Part shown: positions 48,522 through 58,745 of the stretch, piece by piece
Position numbering within the stretch: position 1 is the first letter of the stretch
Layout of the letters: each line of letters begins with the position of its first letter
NCBI GenBank assembly: GCA_963675295.2
Contig: CAXXKJ010000002.1
Location: forward strand, 3,360,001-3,424,000
Direction: 5' to 3'
Length of the DNA: 64,000 nt
Origin: a bacterium
Lineage (GTDB): Bacteria > Electryoneota > Electryoneia > Electryoneales > Electryoneaceae
Program-made: the position numbers and the translations under genes
Notes under the pieces: generated by a model
Databases searched by the model: none
Seen by the model: only the letters and a program-made list of their open reading frames with translations
Told to the model about the DNA's origin: nothing

Positions 48522-49151
48522 GAGAAAGTCTCCTCGAAAGTGTTAGCACTACATTCCGTGACCGAACCCCGCCGCCCCGACAAATCTCAGGAAGTGAGTG
48601 TCCCCGGAGAAGAGACTCAGGGTGCTACAAGGCTACAATACTAATGATAGTTTCAGCGCATCAATCTAACGTCTCAGGAACCGAAAAATCTACGTACTGA
48701 GATATTAGAATGCTATGCGGGAGGTCACACGGCGGAGCACGTCTTGGAGTACCCTTGCCCCGCTGAGGCCCGCAACAGCAAACGCCGTCTTGCGAAGTAT
48801 GGTGACTTCTGCCTATCTATGACAAGTCTATCGGACGGTACTCGGAGTTCCTTGAAGTTTGCAGCTTCTGGCTCGAGCCTCTCAAGTAATCTCCGGTTTT
48901 TGCGGATATGTGATTTGTGTCATTGCAAACCCCTTGTCCGGGCAGCGACTTTATCGGTCCGCGAGCGAAATACCAAACATTCAGCGCGCCCGTAGTGCTT
49001 TTTCGGGCTCTGAGTGGAGAGTCCTCTCGGGTTCGGGGGGGTGCATTGGGCTCCTTTTCGCCGCATATTCGGTGCTGATGTGTGTTATAATTCTTAGCAC
49101 ACTGATTTTCGAGATAACGACATCGCTTTGTTTGACTTTTTGGAGGCACTC

Positions 49152-49319
49152 GTGGAGAAGAGCGTGGGATATGAAAAGCCCTTGCTTGTCGAGCTGTCCT
49201 TGTTGCTGGATACCGCGCACGGTTTCTCTGAACCTGACCCGCCGGGTGGCACGGATGCAGGGAATAACGACAAGGAACACGAAGACCAGCAGGAGTCCGA
49301 TTCTTTCGATTGGTTGTGA
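49152..49319 (+). CDS. Putative RiPP precursor peptide
   Basis: GGAGG then GTG; YEKPLLVEL (YxxPxL leader motif); directly upstream of a PqqD/RRE gene. Confidence 0.65.
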   Translation: MEKSVGYEKPLLVELSLLLDTAHGFSEPDPPGGTDAGNNDKEHEDQQESDSFDWL

Positions 49320-49334
49320 TTGGGCGTTGTTCCC

Positions 49335-49622
49335 ATGTCCTTGAGTGCACCCGTCTATGTGACGGACCCGGCCGTGGTTTTCCGAGAAGACATGAAGGAC
49401 GGCGGGGTGTTGTACCACCCGGAAACTGACCGGGCCTACAGTCTCAATCGTCTCGGAGCTCGTATCTGGGCAATGCTGAGTGAAGGGGAAACCCAAGCCC
49501 GCATTGTTGACCGGTTACGAGCTTCTTTCGCTCCCGGTGAGGTCCCCTCTCTCGACGAGGACGTCGATGAGTTTCTCGCTCACCTCGTCAGAAACAACCT
49601 CGCAAGCGTCGAGGATGCCTGA
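49335..49622 (+). CDS. PqqD-family RiPP recognition element (ScmD-like)
   Basis: VVFRE..GGVLYHPET..YSLNRLGARIWAML..DVDEFLAHL. Confidence 0.88.
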   Translation: MSLSAPVYVTDPAVVFREDMKDGGVLYHPETDRAYSLNRLGARIWAMLSEGETQARIVDRLRASFAPGEVPSLDEDVDEFLAHLVRNNLASVEDA

Positions 49623-50502
49623 CTACTCCCTTCACCTGGCCGACGGATCGCGTTGGCGCTTCTCAAGTACTCCCGACCGTGCCGGCTGGCTCAAACAGTT
49701 CGCGTACACGCTGACTCTCCCATCCGAGGTCTCCGCACCAGCATCCACGACCACTCCTTCACACATCCGCGTTTGTTCGCCGATCGAGACTGAACAGCAG
49801 ATCGGATCTCTCTGGGGAGACACCCGGCCCGCGAACTTCGACCTCGGACCGTTGCAGGTTTACACGCGCCGTGGCTCCACGGAGATGCTGTTTGTCACGC
49901 CCGATAACAGCGACCGGCACCAATGGCTGATGAGCATGTGGTATAGCCTTTACCCGTTGTACCCGGCATTGCTGAAGCGCGGCATCCTCCCGGTTCATGC
50001 CGGGCTGGCAGAGTGGAACGGCCACGGCGTGCTCTTTGCCGCCCCGGGAGGCACGGGTAAATCGACCACGCTGCGTCGATTGCCGGAGAGTTGGCGAACT
50101 GTCTGCGATGACGAAACCTGGCTGGTACCGGCCGACACCGGCCTGCGGACGCATCCCCTGCCGACGTGGAGCGACCTGGTCTTGCGCGGCAAACAGGATC
50201 GTTGGCCATCAGCGACCTCCCTCCCGCTGGGTCACGTGGTCTTCCTGCGTCAGGCGGAACAAGTTTCCGTACGGCCTCTCGACCACGCCGAAACCGCTGC
50301 ACTGCTCAACCAGGCAGTGGAACAGATTCTCCGGCGTGCGTGGACGGTGCTGGTTCCGCCGGACCTTGCGGCGGTCAAGGTGCGCATGTTCGAGCTGGCG
50401 GAAGAACGCACCCGCACTCTCAGCGGCATCCTGCTCGACCTGAACCTGCATGATCCGTTCGCGGACCAACTGCAGGAGATCATCCTCGCGATGGATCGGT
50501 AA
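49615..50502 (+). CDS. ScmC-like HPr-kinase-related P-loop protein
   Basis: VHAGLAE..GVLFAAPGGTGKST..VCDD..HPLPTWSD. Confidence 0.75.
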   Translation: MPDYSLHLADGSRWRFSSTPDRAGWLKQFAYTLTLPSEVSAPASTTTPSHIRVCSPIETEQQIGSLWGDTRPANFDLGPLQVYTRRGSTEMLFVTPDNSDRHQWLMSMWYSLYPLYPALLKRGILPVHAGLAEWNGHGVLFAAPGGTGKSTTLRRLPESWRTVCDDETWLVPADTGLRTHPLPTWSDLVLRGKQDRWPSATSLPLGHVVFLRQAEQVSVRPLDHAETAALLNQAVEQILRRAWTVLVPPDLAAVKVRMFELAEERTRTLSGILLDLNLHDPFADQLQEIILAMDR

Positions 50503-50611
50503 TCCCTCCAGCCCGTCGGCATGTTGGCCGGGGTCGCGTGAGGTCGATTCGCGCCGTACCTTTGCCTGAGATAGATTCACGGCAGCTTTGCAGCCCAGTC
50601 TCCGGAGAGTC

Positions 50612-52423
50612 ATGACGGCCCATCAGCAACAGGGACGTGGTTCCTCGTTGAAACCCCTTCTGCGCATGTTGCGCATGATGGGCCGCTACGCGCCCCGCCA
50701 GAGCGCGTTGTATCTCGGCTTTTCCGTCATCAGGGGCGTGCTGCCGTTAATCCAACTGGTGCTCTTCAAGTGGATTGTCGACGCGATCGTGGTCGCGGTG
50801 GACGCGCCCGACCCGACCACTGAGCTGCCGAACGTGATGATGTATGTCATCGCCGCCGGGTTCACCTACTGGCTGCTGATCTCATCGACCACGGCGGACA
50901 ACTGGCTGCGGCAGCATCTCGTTCAGCATTTCACCGATCACCTGTTCGACCGGATCCATCGCAAGTCGATCACCGTCGGCCTCGCATACTACGAGAACAG
51001 CGAGTTCCGTGACAGCCTGCACCTCGCGCAACGGGAAGCGCTGACCCGTCCCGCTCGATTGATTCAGGAAACCAGCAGCCTCTTCCAGAACCTGATCTCG
51101 ATCACTGGCATCGCCGGTTTGTTGATCACCGTCCACTGGCTGCTCGGTCCGGTCTTACTCCTGGCGGCATTGCCCGACGTATTCCTCCGATTCTTCTTTT
51201 CGCGGCAGTGGTACAAGTGGGAACGCAGCCGCACGCACGACGAACGCCGCGCCCGCTATTCGAGCTGGGTGTTGACCAGCACGTATTACGCCAAGGAGCT
51301 TCTGCTCTACGGGCTTGGAGACCTGTTCTCCGACCGCTTCCGTGAACAACGGGAGCAGTTGCGCGAGGAGAAGCTGGAGATTGTCGAACGGCAGTCGGCG
51401 TTCGAGTTGATCGCGAAGACGGTCTCCGCGCTGCTCATCTTCGGATTGTACGCCTTCGTCGCGTTCAAGGCCGCAATGGGCGCGATCACACTCGGCGCGC
51501 TGGTGCTGGTAATCCAGGGCCTGGCACGTGGCGGGTCGATGATCCAGCGTGTGCTCACCGGCATCGCGGCGATGTATCAGAACAACCTTTTCCTCACAAA
51601 CCTGTTCGAGTTCCTCGACCGTAAGCCGCAGCTTACGGCGCCCCCCTCACCAGTCGCGGTTCCATCGGACCTGACCCGGAGCCTCGCCGTCGAGAATCTG
51701 TCGTTCCAGTATCCGAACCGGCAGGACTGGGCGCTGCGGGACGTGTCCTTCGAACTCCACCCCAACGAAGTGCTGGCGGTAATCGGCACCAACGGGTCCG
51801 GCAAGACGACGCTGGTCAAGCTGCTGACCCGGCTTTACGACCCCACCGAAGGCCGGATCACGTTGGATGGGACCGACCTGCGCGACTTCGATCCGGACCG
51901 GCTGCGCACATTGTACAGCGTCATCTTCCAGGACTTCGCCAAATTCCACGACAGCGTGCGCGAAAACATTGCTCTAGGCGATCCGTCCGCAGAAGTAAGC
52001 GAGGAGGCGATTCTCGCCGCTGCCCGGGACGCCGGTGTCGACGAATACATCGACCGTCTCCCCAACGGTTACGACACGTTGCTCGGGACCTGGTTCGCGA
52101 ACAGCGTCGACCTCAGCGAAGGTCAGTGGCAACGGCTCGCGCTGGCTCGTGCGTTGGTTCGTCCCTCACGGATCGTTATTCTCGACGAACCTTCCAGCTC
52201 GCTCGATGTCCAGAGCGAACACGCGCTCGTCTCCCGACTGAAGCAGGTGCTCAACGACCGAGCGGCGATCCTGATCAGCCACCGTCTCTCCACCATCCAA
52301 ACCGCCGACCGGGTACTGATCCTCGAGGACGGGCGGGTCAAGGGATTCGGCACCCCCGCCGATTTGCTGACCACGGACAGTGACCTGCTGACCATTCTCG
52401 ATTCCAATCGCAACCGTATCTAG
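50612..52423 (+). CDS. ABC exporter, permease + ATPase
   Basis: GTNGSGKTT, LSEGQWQRLALAR, ILDEP, ISHR; type seen in RiPP clusters. Confidence 0.92.
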   Translation: MTAHQQQGRGSSLKPLLRMLRMMGRYAPRQSALYLGFSVIRGVLPLIQLVLFKWIVDAIVVAVDAPDPTTELPNVMMYVIAAGFTYWLLISSTTADNWLRQHLVQHFTDHLFDRIHRKSITVGLAYYENSEFRDSLHLAQREALTRPARLIQETSSLFQNLISITGIAGLLITVHWLLGPVLLLAALPDVFLRFFFSRQWYKWERSRTHDERRARYSSWVLTSTYYAKELLLYGLGDLFSDRFREQREQLREEKLEIVERQSAFELIAKTVSALLIFGLYAFVAFKAAMGAITLGALVLVIQGLARGGSMIQRVLTGIAAMYQNNLFLTNLFEFLDRKPQLTAPPSPVAVPSDLTRSLAVENLSFQYPNRQDWALRDVSFELHPNEVLAVIGTNGSGKTTLVKLLTRLYDPTEGRITLDGTDLRDFDPDRLRTLYSVIFQDFAKFHDSVRENIALGDPSAEVSEEAILAAARDAGVDEYIDRLPNGYDTLLGTWFANSVDLSEGQWQRLALARALVRPSRIVILDEPSSSLDVQSEHALVSRLKQVLNDRAAILISHRLSTIQTADRVLILEDGRVKGFGTPADLLTTDSDLLTILDSNRNRI

Positions 52424-52456
52424 CAGCGAATCAGCAGTGGCCCGTCCGTCGCTGCC

Positions 52457-52493
52457 AAAAACACAAGACCCCCGCCGGATGGCGAGGGTTTGT
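52457..52493. terminator. Hairpin between convergent genes
   Basis: Imperfect stem acaagacccccgcc/ggcgagggtttgt with a T tract on the minus strand. Confidence 0.5.
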
Positions 52494-52518
52494 CACTCTG
52501 GGAAACCGCTGTCTGCGG

Positions 52519-53814
52519 CTACAACTCGTCTGTCATCACTTCGATGTAGACATCCTTGTGCTGGTCGGCGAGCCAGTTGGTGTACTCGATTTCCTGCTTC
52601 TCGCGCAATGCCATTTGGCTGATGCGATCCCAATCGCGTTGCAACTCGAGCTCACGGGCATCGTCGTGCTCGGTCACCGTCACCAGGTGCACACCAACTC
52701 GCGACAGAAACGGCTCGCTGATTTCGCCAACGTCGAGATCACGCGCGACCTGCTGGAACTGGTCGGGAATCGAGTTCAGGTCAAACCAACCAAGGTCACC
52801 GCCTAGCTTGGCGGTTTCATCGTCCGCCGAAGCCTCTTTCGCCACATCGGCAAAACTCTCGCCGTCCATGATCCGGTCACGCAGCAGGCGGGCTTTCTCG
52901 ACCGCACGTTCTTCGTCGGCGTCGGTGGCCTGCAGCATCACGAGAATGTGGTTGGTGTTGATTTTCTCACCACGTCGCCAGTTGAGGCGGATGATGTGAT
53001 AGCCGAAACGGGTGCGGATCGGTTCGCTGATCTCGCCTTCTTCGAGGTTGTACGCGACCGCTTCGAAGTCCGGCACGAGGTCGCCACGCTGAGTCGTGCC
53101 GAGCAATCCGCCTTTCGGCGCGCTCGCACGGTCATCCGAGTATTCCATCGCCAGCGAATCGAAATTCGCACCGTTCGCGATCAGGTTGAACAGGCTGTCC
53201 GCCTTGGCCAACGCCTGGTCGCGGGCTTCTTCCGCCGGTTCGACTTCGATCAGGATGTGCGCAAGCCGGACACGTTCCGGCATGGTTGGCAAATCCTCCT
53301 CGACCCGTGCATAGAAATCCTCGACCTCTTTTTTAGTCAGGGTGGTCTTACGGGTTTGCGACGCGCGCACGCGCTCGATCAGCAGGCTGTTGCGCACCTG
53401 GTCACGGAAATCTCGGCGAATCTGGCGAATCGGCTTACCGTAATACTCCTCCAGCGCTTCCTCGCCGCCGACCTCACGGGTAACCTGGTTGATGCGATCA
53501 TCGAGGGTCATGTCGACCTGGCGGTCTTCGACGACGATGTTCGTGTCTTCCTCTGCAATTGCCAGCAGGATTTTCTGGTTGATCAGCTCTTCCAGCACGG
53601 ACGCCTTCAACTGGGCAATCGCGGTTTCGGTGCGATACTGATCGCGGTTGCGCAGCACGATGTCCTGAACATACTGCAGCACTTCGGATTCGAGAATGAT
53701 TTCGTCATCGACGACGGCGATGACGCGATCGACGACCTGGGCGTCCTGTGCGAAGGCCTGGGTTACGAACAGGGCCAGCAACAGGGCCAGAATCGCGATA
53801 CGAGGGGTGCTCAC
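52519..53814 (-). CDS. surA: SurA-like chaperone/peptidylprolyl isomerase
   Basis: VDRVIAVVDDEIILESE; two parvulin domains (HILI..GGLLG..FGYHII; GGDLGWF). Confidence 0.85.
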   Translation of the reverse strand: MSTPRIAILALLLALFVTQAFAQDAQVVDRVIAVVDDEIILESEVLQYVQDIVLRNRDQYRTETAIAQLKASVLEELINQKILLAIAEEDTNIVVEDRQVDMTLDDRINQVTREVGGEEALEEYYGKPIRQIRRDFRDQVRNSLLIERVRASQTRKTTLTKKEVEDFYARVEEDLPTMPERVRLAHILIEVEPAEEARDQALAKADSLFNLIANGANFDSLAMEYSDDRASAPKGGLLGTTQRGDLVPDFEAVAYNLEEGEISEPIRTRFGYHIIRLNWRRGEKINTNHILVMLQATDADEERAVEKARLLRDRIMDGESFADVAKEASADDETAKLGGDLGWFDLNSIPDQFQQVARDLDVGEISEPFLSRVGVHLVTVTEHDDARELELQRDWDRISQMALREKQEIEYTNWLADQHKDVYIEVMTDEL

Positions 53815-53818
53815 TTGC

Positions 53819-54739
53819 TTACTCCTCCGTGACCGGGGACGGGGTGTCAACATCCACACTGTCCACGGTTTCTTCGTGACTGGGTACAGATTCAGGTTCG
53901 GCGAATCCATCGCCGAGCCGGATGCGGACGAGTCCGCTTTGACGGGCTTCCCGGCGCAGGGCTTCGACGTAGTCAAGTTTGCTCCGGCTCCGCAGTTCCG
54001 CCATCATCCGGTCGCGTACGACATCCGCGACCTCTTCGAATGGACGAGTGCGTCCCTCCTGGAAACGATCCAGCAGTTTGACGATCATCCACTCCCCATG
54101 ATACTCGACAGGCAGGCTGGAGTGTCCAGAGCGGAGAGGCTGGATCGCAGTCGAGATTTCCCGGGGCAACCGGCTGACGCTGATGTTGGTCAACGTATCA
54201 ATTCGGCTGACACCAATTTCCTCGACCATTTGCGCCGCTGTTGCGGATTGATCGAACGCTTCGCGCAACCGCCAGGCGCTGTTCTTCGAATCAACGTACG
54301 CGACGACGAGATTCACTTCCTTCGCGACTCGGGTATACTCACCGGTATGATTCTTCCAGTACTCGACAACATCCGACGATGACGGCGTATCGACAACCGT
54401 ATTCACTTCGATCAACGAGTTGATCAGTAAGTCGTCTTCGAGCGCAGCGATCCGGCGTTTGAAATCCGGATCACGCTGCAGCTTGTTCTGCCGGGCTTCG
54501 TACACCAGCAGCCGAGTGTCGACCCAGTTGTTGACATAGCGGGCGATGTCCTGCTCGCGCGGGTACTCGATCCCCATTTGCCGGAGCACGTCGAGTACGT
54601 CCTCCTCGGTGATCCATTCGTCACCGACGACGGCGAGTGCATCCGCCGGGGGTTCGGATTTGAACAGGCCGCACCCGGCAGTCAGCAACAAGAGAAAGAC
54701 GGCCAGCGCAGCGCCGGCCGTCTTGATTGCCACTTGCAT
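53819..54739 (-). CDS. PrsA/parvulin-like lipoprotein
   Basis: Lipobox TAGC; LAVVGDEWIT, WVDTRLL, PFEEV. Confidence 0.75.
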   Translation of the reverse strand: MQVAIKTAGAALAVFLLLLTAGCGLFKSEPPADALAVVGDEWITEEDVLDVLRQMGIEYPREQDIARYVNNWVDTRLLVYEARQNKLQRDPDFKRRIAALEDDLLINSLIEVNTVVDTPSSSDVVEYWKNHTGEYTRVAKEVNLVVAYVDSKNSAWRLREAFDQSATAAQMVEEIGVSRIDTLTNISVSRLPREISTAIQPLRSGHSSLPVEYHGEWMIVKLLDRFQEGRTRPFEEVADVVRDRMMAELRSRSKLDYVEALRREARQSGLVRIRLGDGFAEPESVPSHEETVDSVDVDTPSPVTEE

Positions 54740-54740
54740 C

Positions 54741-56498
54741 TTAACCGGCGGACGAATCATTGCCCCCTTCGCCAGCCCAGGTGGTGTTCGGGAAGGTGAT
54801 GTCAATCGCGCGTTTGTTCAGCTGCCAGTCGATGGCGCTCTTGATGCTGTCCATGTACGTGGTCTTGCGCGTTTCACGGCTCCACGCACGCCAGTCGACA
54901 TTCACCTTGTCCTTGACGTTCTCGAATTCATCCGGCTTCGGCTCTTCCTTCGAGATCACCTTGAACACCGACCACTTACCCTGCACACGCAGCGGCCCGA
55001 CGATCTCGCCGATTTCCGCTTCGGCGGCATTGCGGCCAATGGCACCGTACTGAGCCTTCCGGATCGGGCCGAAGATACCTTCCTTCTCCTTCACGCCCGG
55101 ACGAGTGGTGTATTCAATCGCCAGCTCCTTCAGCGACTTGTCACCGCGTTCGGCCATCGCCTTGACGCTGTCCGCCATCTCGCGATCTTCGAGGAAGACT
55201 TCGATCAATGTGTACTGCGCGTCAAGCATGTAGTCTTCCATGTGTTGGTCGAAGTACTTCTGCAGGTCTTCGTCCGTCGGTTCCGGAATCTCATTGATAT
55301 CCTGGTTCACGATCTGACGAATGCGGATGTCTGCCGCCATCTTGGCCTGTTCCAGCACTTCCGGCAGGCTGAGGAAACCGCGTTTCTTGGCGTCATCCGG
55401 CAACAGCACCTTTTCGGTGATGTAGTTCTCAACGATCGCCTTGACCATCTCCGCATCTTCGAACTTGCGATTTGCCATGTGACGCTGCACATACGGCTTC
55501 AGGTCGGCGGCGGTAAACGAACCGTCATCGTATGTCACCAGGTCCCATTTCAGCTGTTTTTCAGTGAGGAAGCTGAACGGATCGGCGGCCGGCTGACGCG
55601 ATTCAATAATGTCGTAGACCTTGTTGATGTTACTCATCTGGAATTCAACATTGCGGGAAGTTTCCAGGTCCTTGACATACTGCCGCGCCATGTCTACCAG
55701 CTCCTGGCCGTGTTCACGCATCGCCAGCTGCTTGATCCGTTCCTTGTCCTCTTCATAGCTCGGACGGTCCGGAATCGGACGGACTTCGTGCGTGAAGATC
55801 AGGTGCCAACCGAATGGCGTGTACACCGGATCGGACATGTGACCCGGCTCTGTTGCGAATGCAACGTTCTCGAACGACGGAACCATCTCACCACGGCGGA
55901 ACCAGCCCAGCTCACCGTTCTGCGAGTTGGTGTCTTCGCTGTTCTCGAGGGCGGCGTTGGAGAAGACCGTGCTGTCAACGGTCTCGTTGTTGTCGAGGAT
56001 CTCCTTGCGGATCTCTACGATCGCGTCATGCGCCTGGACCGAATCCGTGTCCTGGTCGATGCGGATCAGGATGTGGGATGCGTTGACTTCGAACCCGTCA
56101 CGCTCGTAGTAGGCTTTGAGGCTGTCTTCCGGAATCAGCGAGTCGACGATGGTCCGTGTGTACAGCTCGCCGATCGCGGCCATGTTCCGCGCCTCTTCGT
56201 ACGAGGACAACACTTCCGGACGGTTGGCGTAACCCTTCGCGCGGCCGTCCGCGGCCTTCAACTCACCTTCGAGAACCTCGGTGACATAATTATCCATCGC
56301 TTCACGAGTCTGCGTCGCGAGCATCATCTCACCGCCGAACCTGCGCAGCGCGAGATTTTTAAACTCATCCGTGGTCATTTCGTCGCCGTCGACAACCATC
56401 ACCACATCGTTGCCGAGTTTTTCACCGCAGCCCCAGATCAGGGTCAGCGCGGCCAGAGCGAGAAACAGCGCCATCAACTTGGTCTTCATCGGTCTCAC
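54741..56498 (-). CDS. Peptidylprolyl isomerase (parvulin) lipoprotein
   Basis: ASHILI, GELGWFRRGEMVPSFENVAF, TPFGWHLI. Confidence 0.9.
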   Translation of the reverse strand: MRPMKTKLMALFLALAALTLIWGCGEKLGNDVVMVVDGDEMTTDEFKNLALRRFGGEMMLATQTREAMDNYVTEVLEGELKAADGRAKGYANRPEVLSSYEEARNMAAIGELYTRTIVDSLIPEDSLKAYYERDGFEVNASHILIRIDQDTDSVQAHDAIVEIRKEILDNNETVDSTVFSNAALENSEDTNSQNGELGWFRRGEMVPSFENVAFATEPGHMSDPVYTPFGWHLIFTHEVRPIPDRPSYEEDKERIKQLAMREHGQELVDMARQYVKDLETSRNVEFQMSNINKVYDIIESRQPAADPFSFLTEKQLKWDLVTYDDGSFTAADLKPYVQRHMANRKFEDAEMVKAIVENYITEKVLLPDDAKKRGFLSLPEVLEQAKMAADIRIRQIVNQDINEIPEPTDEDLQKYFDQHMEDYMLDAQYTLIEVFLEDREMADSVKAMAERGDKSLKELAIEYTTRPGVKEKEGIFGPIRKAQYGAIGRNAAEAEIGEIVGPLRVQGKWSVFKVISKEEPKPDEFENVKDKVNVDWRAWSRETRKTTYMDSIKSAIDWQLNKRAIDITFPNTTWAGEGGNDSSAG

Positions 56499-56802
56499 AA
56501 TCTCCTTCGTCGTCCCGGTTCACACGGTCAGCGGCAGCAGAGTAGAAATGTCCCAGTCTGCGTAACGGACCGCGCCCTCCCTCCGGGAAGGAAAACTTCG
56601 TTTACGTTAAAGGTCGTCTCAGAGCGGGGAAGGTAGCCTCACCCCCGCGCGGTTGCAAGGTTTATTTCCCTCGCACGTACAGGGTACCCATGTACTACTC
56701 ATCACCACAATGACAGTTTCCACGGGCTCTCTGGTGTTTACTATATTCCTGCACAGGCCGGTACACTGTATCCACCGGAAAATTCAACCACGGAGCCTGT
56801 TC

Positions 56803-57597
56803 ATGCCACGCGTCGGGATCCTCTCCCTGTTGTCGTGTATTCTGCTGACGCTCACCCTGTCCAGCCCGTCCCCCGCTCAGACTCCGGACGATACCCGGTA
56901 CCTCGAACTGCAGGAACTGGCACTGAATCCGACGGCAGGCACATTGAAACAGGGGCAGTATGGAGTAGACATCCGGGCGTACGGGGACGGCGGCCTGCTC
57001 GCCGGTGTCGGCGTCGGATTATTCCACCGTTTCATGTTCGGCATCTCCTATGGCGGGCAGAACATGCTCGGCTACGATGAGTTCAAGGGCAATGATCTGC
57101 CGGGCGTGCAGGTACGTTATCGTGTCATCGAGGAGTCGATGCGCATGCCGGCGGTGACGGTTGGCTACCAGATGCAGGGGTACGGCTCGTGGGACAAGGA
57201 GGTCGAGCGCTACCTGTACAAGGCGCCGGGCGCGTTCGCGGTCATTTCCCGCAATTTCGGGTCGCCCTATGGTCACTTCGGCATTCACGCCGGCATCAAC
57301 TACAACACCATCGAGACCAATGACCAGCGCGGCTGGGACGGCTACTTCGGGGTCGACTTCAGCCTCAACGAGCAGCTGACCATCGTCGGCGAGTACGACC
57401 TCGGCCTCGACGACAACATCGACGACAACGGCTATGGCGAGGGCGAGTACGGCTATTTCAATGCCGCGGTGCGCTTCTCGTTTGCCCAGTCGTTCGCGAT
57501 TCAGGTTGATGTCTACGATTTGCTCAACACCAGCGACCGCACCGAGGGCTTTGGCCGGGCGCTGAAGGTGTTCTACGTCGAAACGTTCAGCCTGTAA
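56803..57597 (+). CDS. Outer membrane beta-barrel protein (YjbH-like)
   Basis: Signal peptide; PTAGTL motif; amphipathic strands. Confidence 0.6.
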   Translation: MPRVGILSLLSCILLTLTLSSPSPAQTPDDTRYLELQELALNPTAGTLKQGQYGVDIRAYGDGGLLAGVGVGLFHRFMFGISYGGQNMLGYDEFKGNDLPGVQVRYRVIEESMRMPAVTVGYQMQGYGSWDKEVERYLYKAPGAFAVISRNFGSPYGHFGIHAGINYNTIETNDQRGWDGYFGVDFSLNEQLTIVGEYDLGLDDNIDDNGYGEGEYGYFNAAVRFSFAQSFAIQVDVYDLLNTSDRTEGFGRALKVFYVETFSL

Positions 57598-57619
57598 TGG
57601 GCTTCACTCAGGGATACGG

Positions 57620-58723
57620 ATGACCATGCGGCAAGTTCTTATCGTGGCAGTAATCTGCCTGCTGATGCTGGCGGGTTCACCGCAGGCCAGCGAAATCAGC
57701 GTCTACGGGACATTCATGAACGGCGGCACGGTGCTCAACACGGCCACCGCCAACAGCATGATGATCCTCGACGACGGCCTGCTGTCATTGTGGACCAACC
57801 CGGCCGGTATCCTCAGCGAGCGACACCAGATCTTCGCCGGCGGTAGTTTGCAGACGGCGTACAGCACTCAATCGCAGGTGTCTCCGGCCAACGTAAAAGC
57901 CGGAATCGGCATGATCGGCTACCTCTACACCTTCCCGACCAGCGCGTTCGCGCTCGCTTTCACTCCTCGAAATTCCGTTGAGGCCAGCGCGGAATACAAT
58001 CTTAGCACCACGTCCTACGAGATCCGCAACACGTTCACGTATTCCGAGCTGACGGCAACCTACGCTCGCAAAATCGGGCGGGGCTACAGCCTCGGTGTCA
58101 GCGCCGGTCCAATCCTCGGACAAGGCAAGGCGGGTGCCATCACGCAGAGCAATCCGCAGGAGACTCTGTACAATCCGCTACTGTGGTTTGCCCGTATCGG
58201 CCTGAAGCAGAAAACCGGTGTCATGAGCTGGGGTCTCGCGCTGGAAACGCCGTCGATTGGCAAATTCACCATCGAGGAACCGACCCTGGTTGGATACCAG
58301 CGCACCAAGACCGACATCGACTATTCCGGTGCGCTGGGTGTGCGGGCCGGTGTCGGCTGGGACATGCGCTTCATGGGCGTCGAGGCGGACTTGCTGTACT
58401 ACAACACTGACATGATCCAGGTGGACGGCGAGAGTGCCGACTTTGACGCGCCAGTGCTCAGCGTTGGTGCCGCCGCCCAGATGCAGGTGCATGAGCTGGT
58501 CCGGGCGCGGATGGGTTTGCGTGTCCGGGTTGAGGATCCGAACGATCGCTCGTTCCTGCAATTGGGTCTCGGCGGATCGTACACCATCAGCGATGAACTG
58601 CTGGTCTACGGTTCCGGTGGGCTCATGTTCCCGAACGGGGACGGGATCAAAGGCACGGCGTTGGAAGACCTGCTGCCGTTTACCTTGCGTGCCGGAGTCA
58701 TCTACCAGAACTTGCCGGAATAG
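57620..58723 (+). CDS. Outer membrane beta-barrel protein (FadL/PorV-like)
   Basis: Signal peptide; WTNPAG; alternating strand pattern. Confidence 0.55.
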   Translation: MTMRQVLIVAVICLLMLAGSPQASEISVYGTFMNGGTVLNTATANSMMILDDGLLSLWTNPAGILSERHQIFAGGSLQTAYSTQSQVSPANVKAGIGMIGYLYTFPTSAFALAFTPRNSVEASAEYNLSTTSYEIRNTFTYSELTATYARKIGRGYSLGVSAGPILGQGKAGAITQSNPQETLYNPLLWFARIGLKQKTGVMSWGLALETPSIGKFTIEEPTLVGYQRTKTDIDYSGALGVRAGVGWDMRFMGVEADLLYYNTDMIQVDGESADFDAPVLSVGAAAQMQVHELVRARMGLRVRVEDPNDRSFLQLGLGGSYTISDELLVYGSGGLMFPNGDGIKGTALEDLLPFTLRAGVIYQNLPE

Positions 58724-58745
58724 GGCTAACTAGACCGGGGGACGG

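Noticed and set aside
49152-52423. Canonical lasso peptide cluster
   Set aside because: No asparagine-synthetase-like cyclase or transglutaminase-like B2 protease in the window.
52519-56498. Three tandem PPIases as a novel system
   Set aside because: Resembles the ordinary SurA-region arrangement of FCB-group genomes.
54546-56636. 696-aa plus-strand ORF
   Set aside because: Antisense shadow of the PPIase gene.
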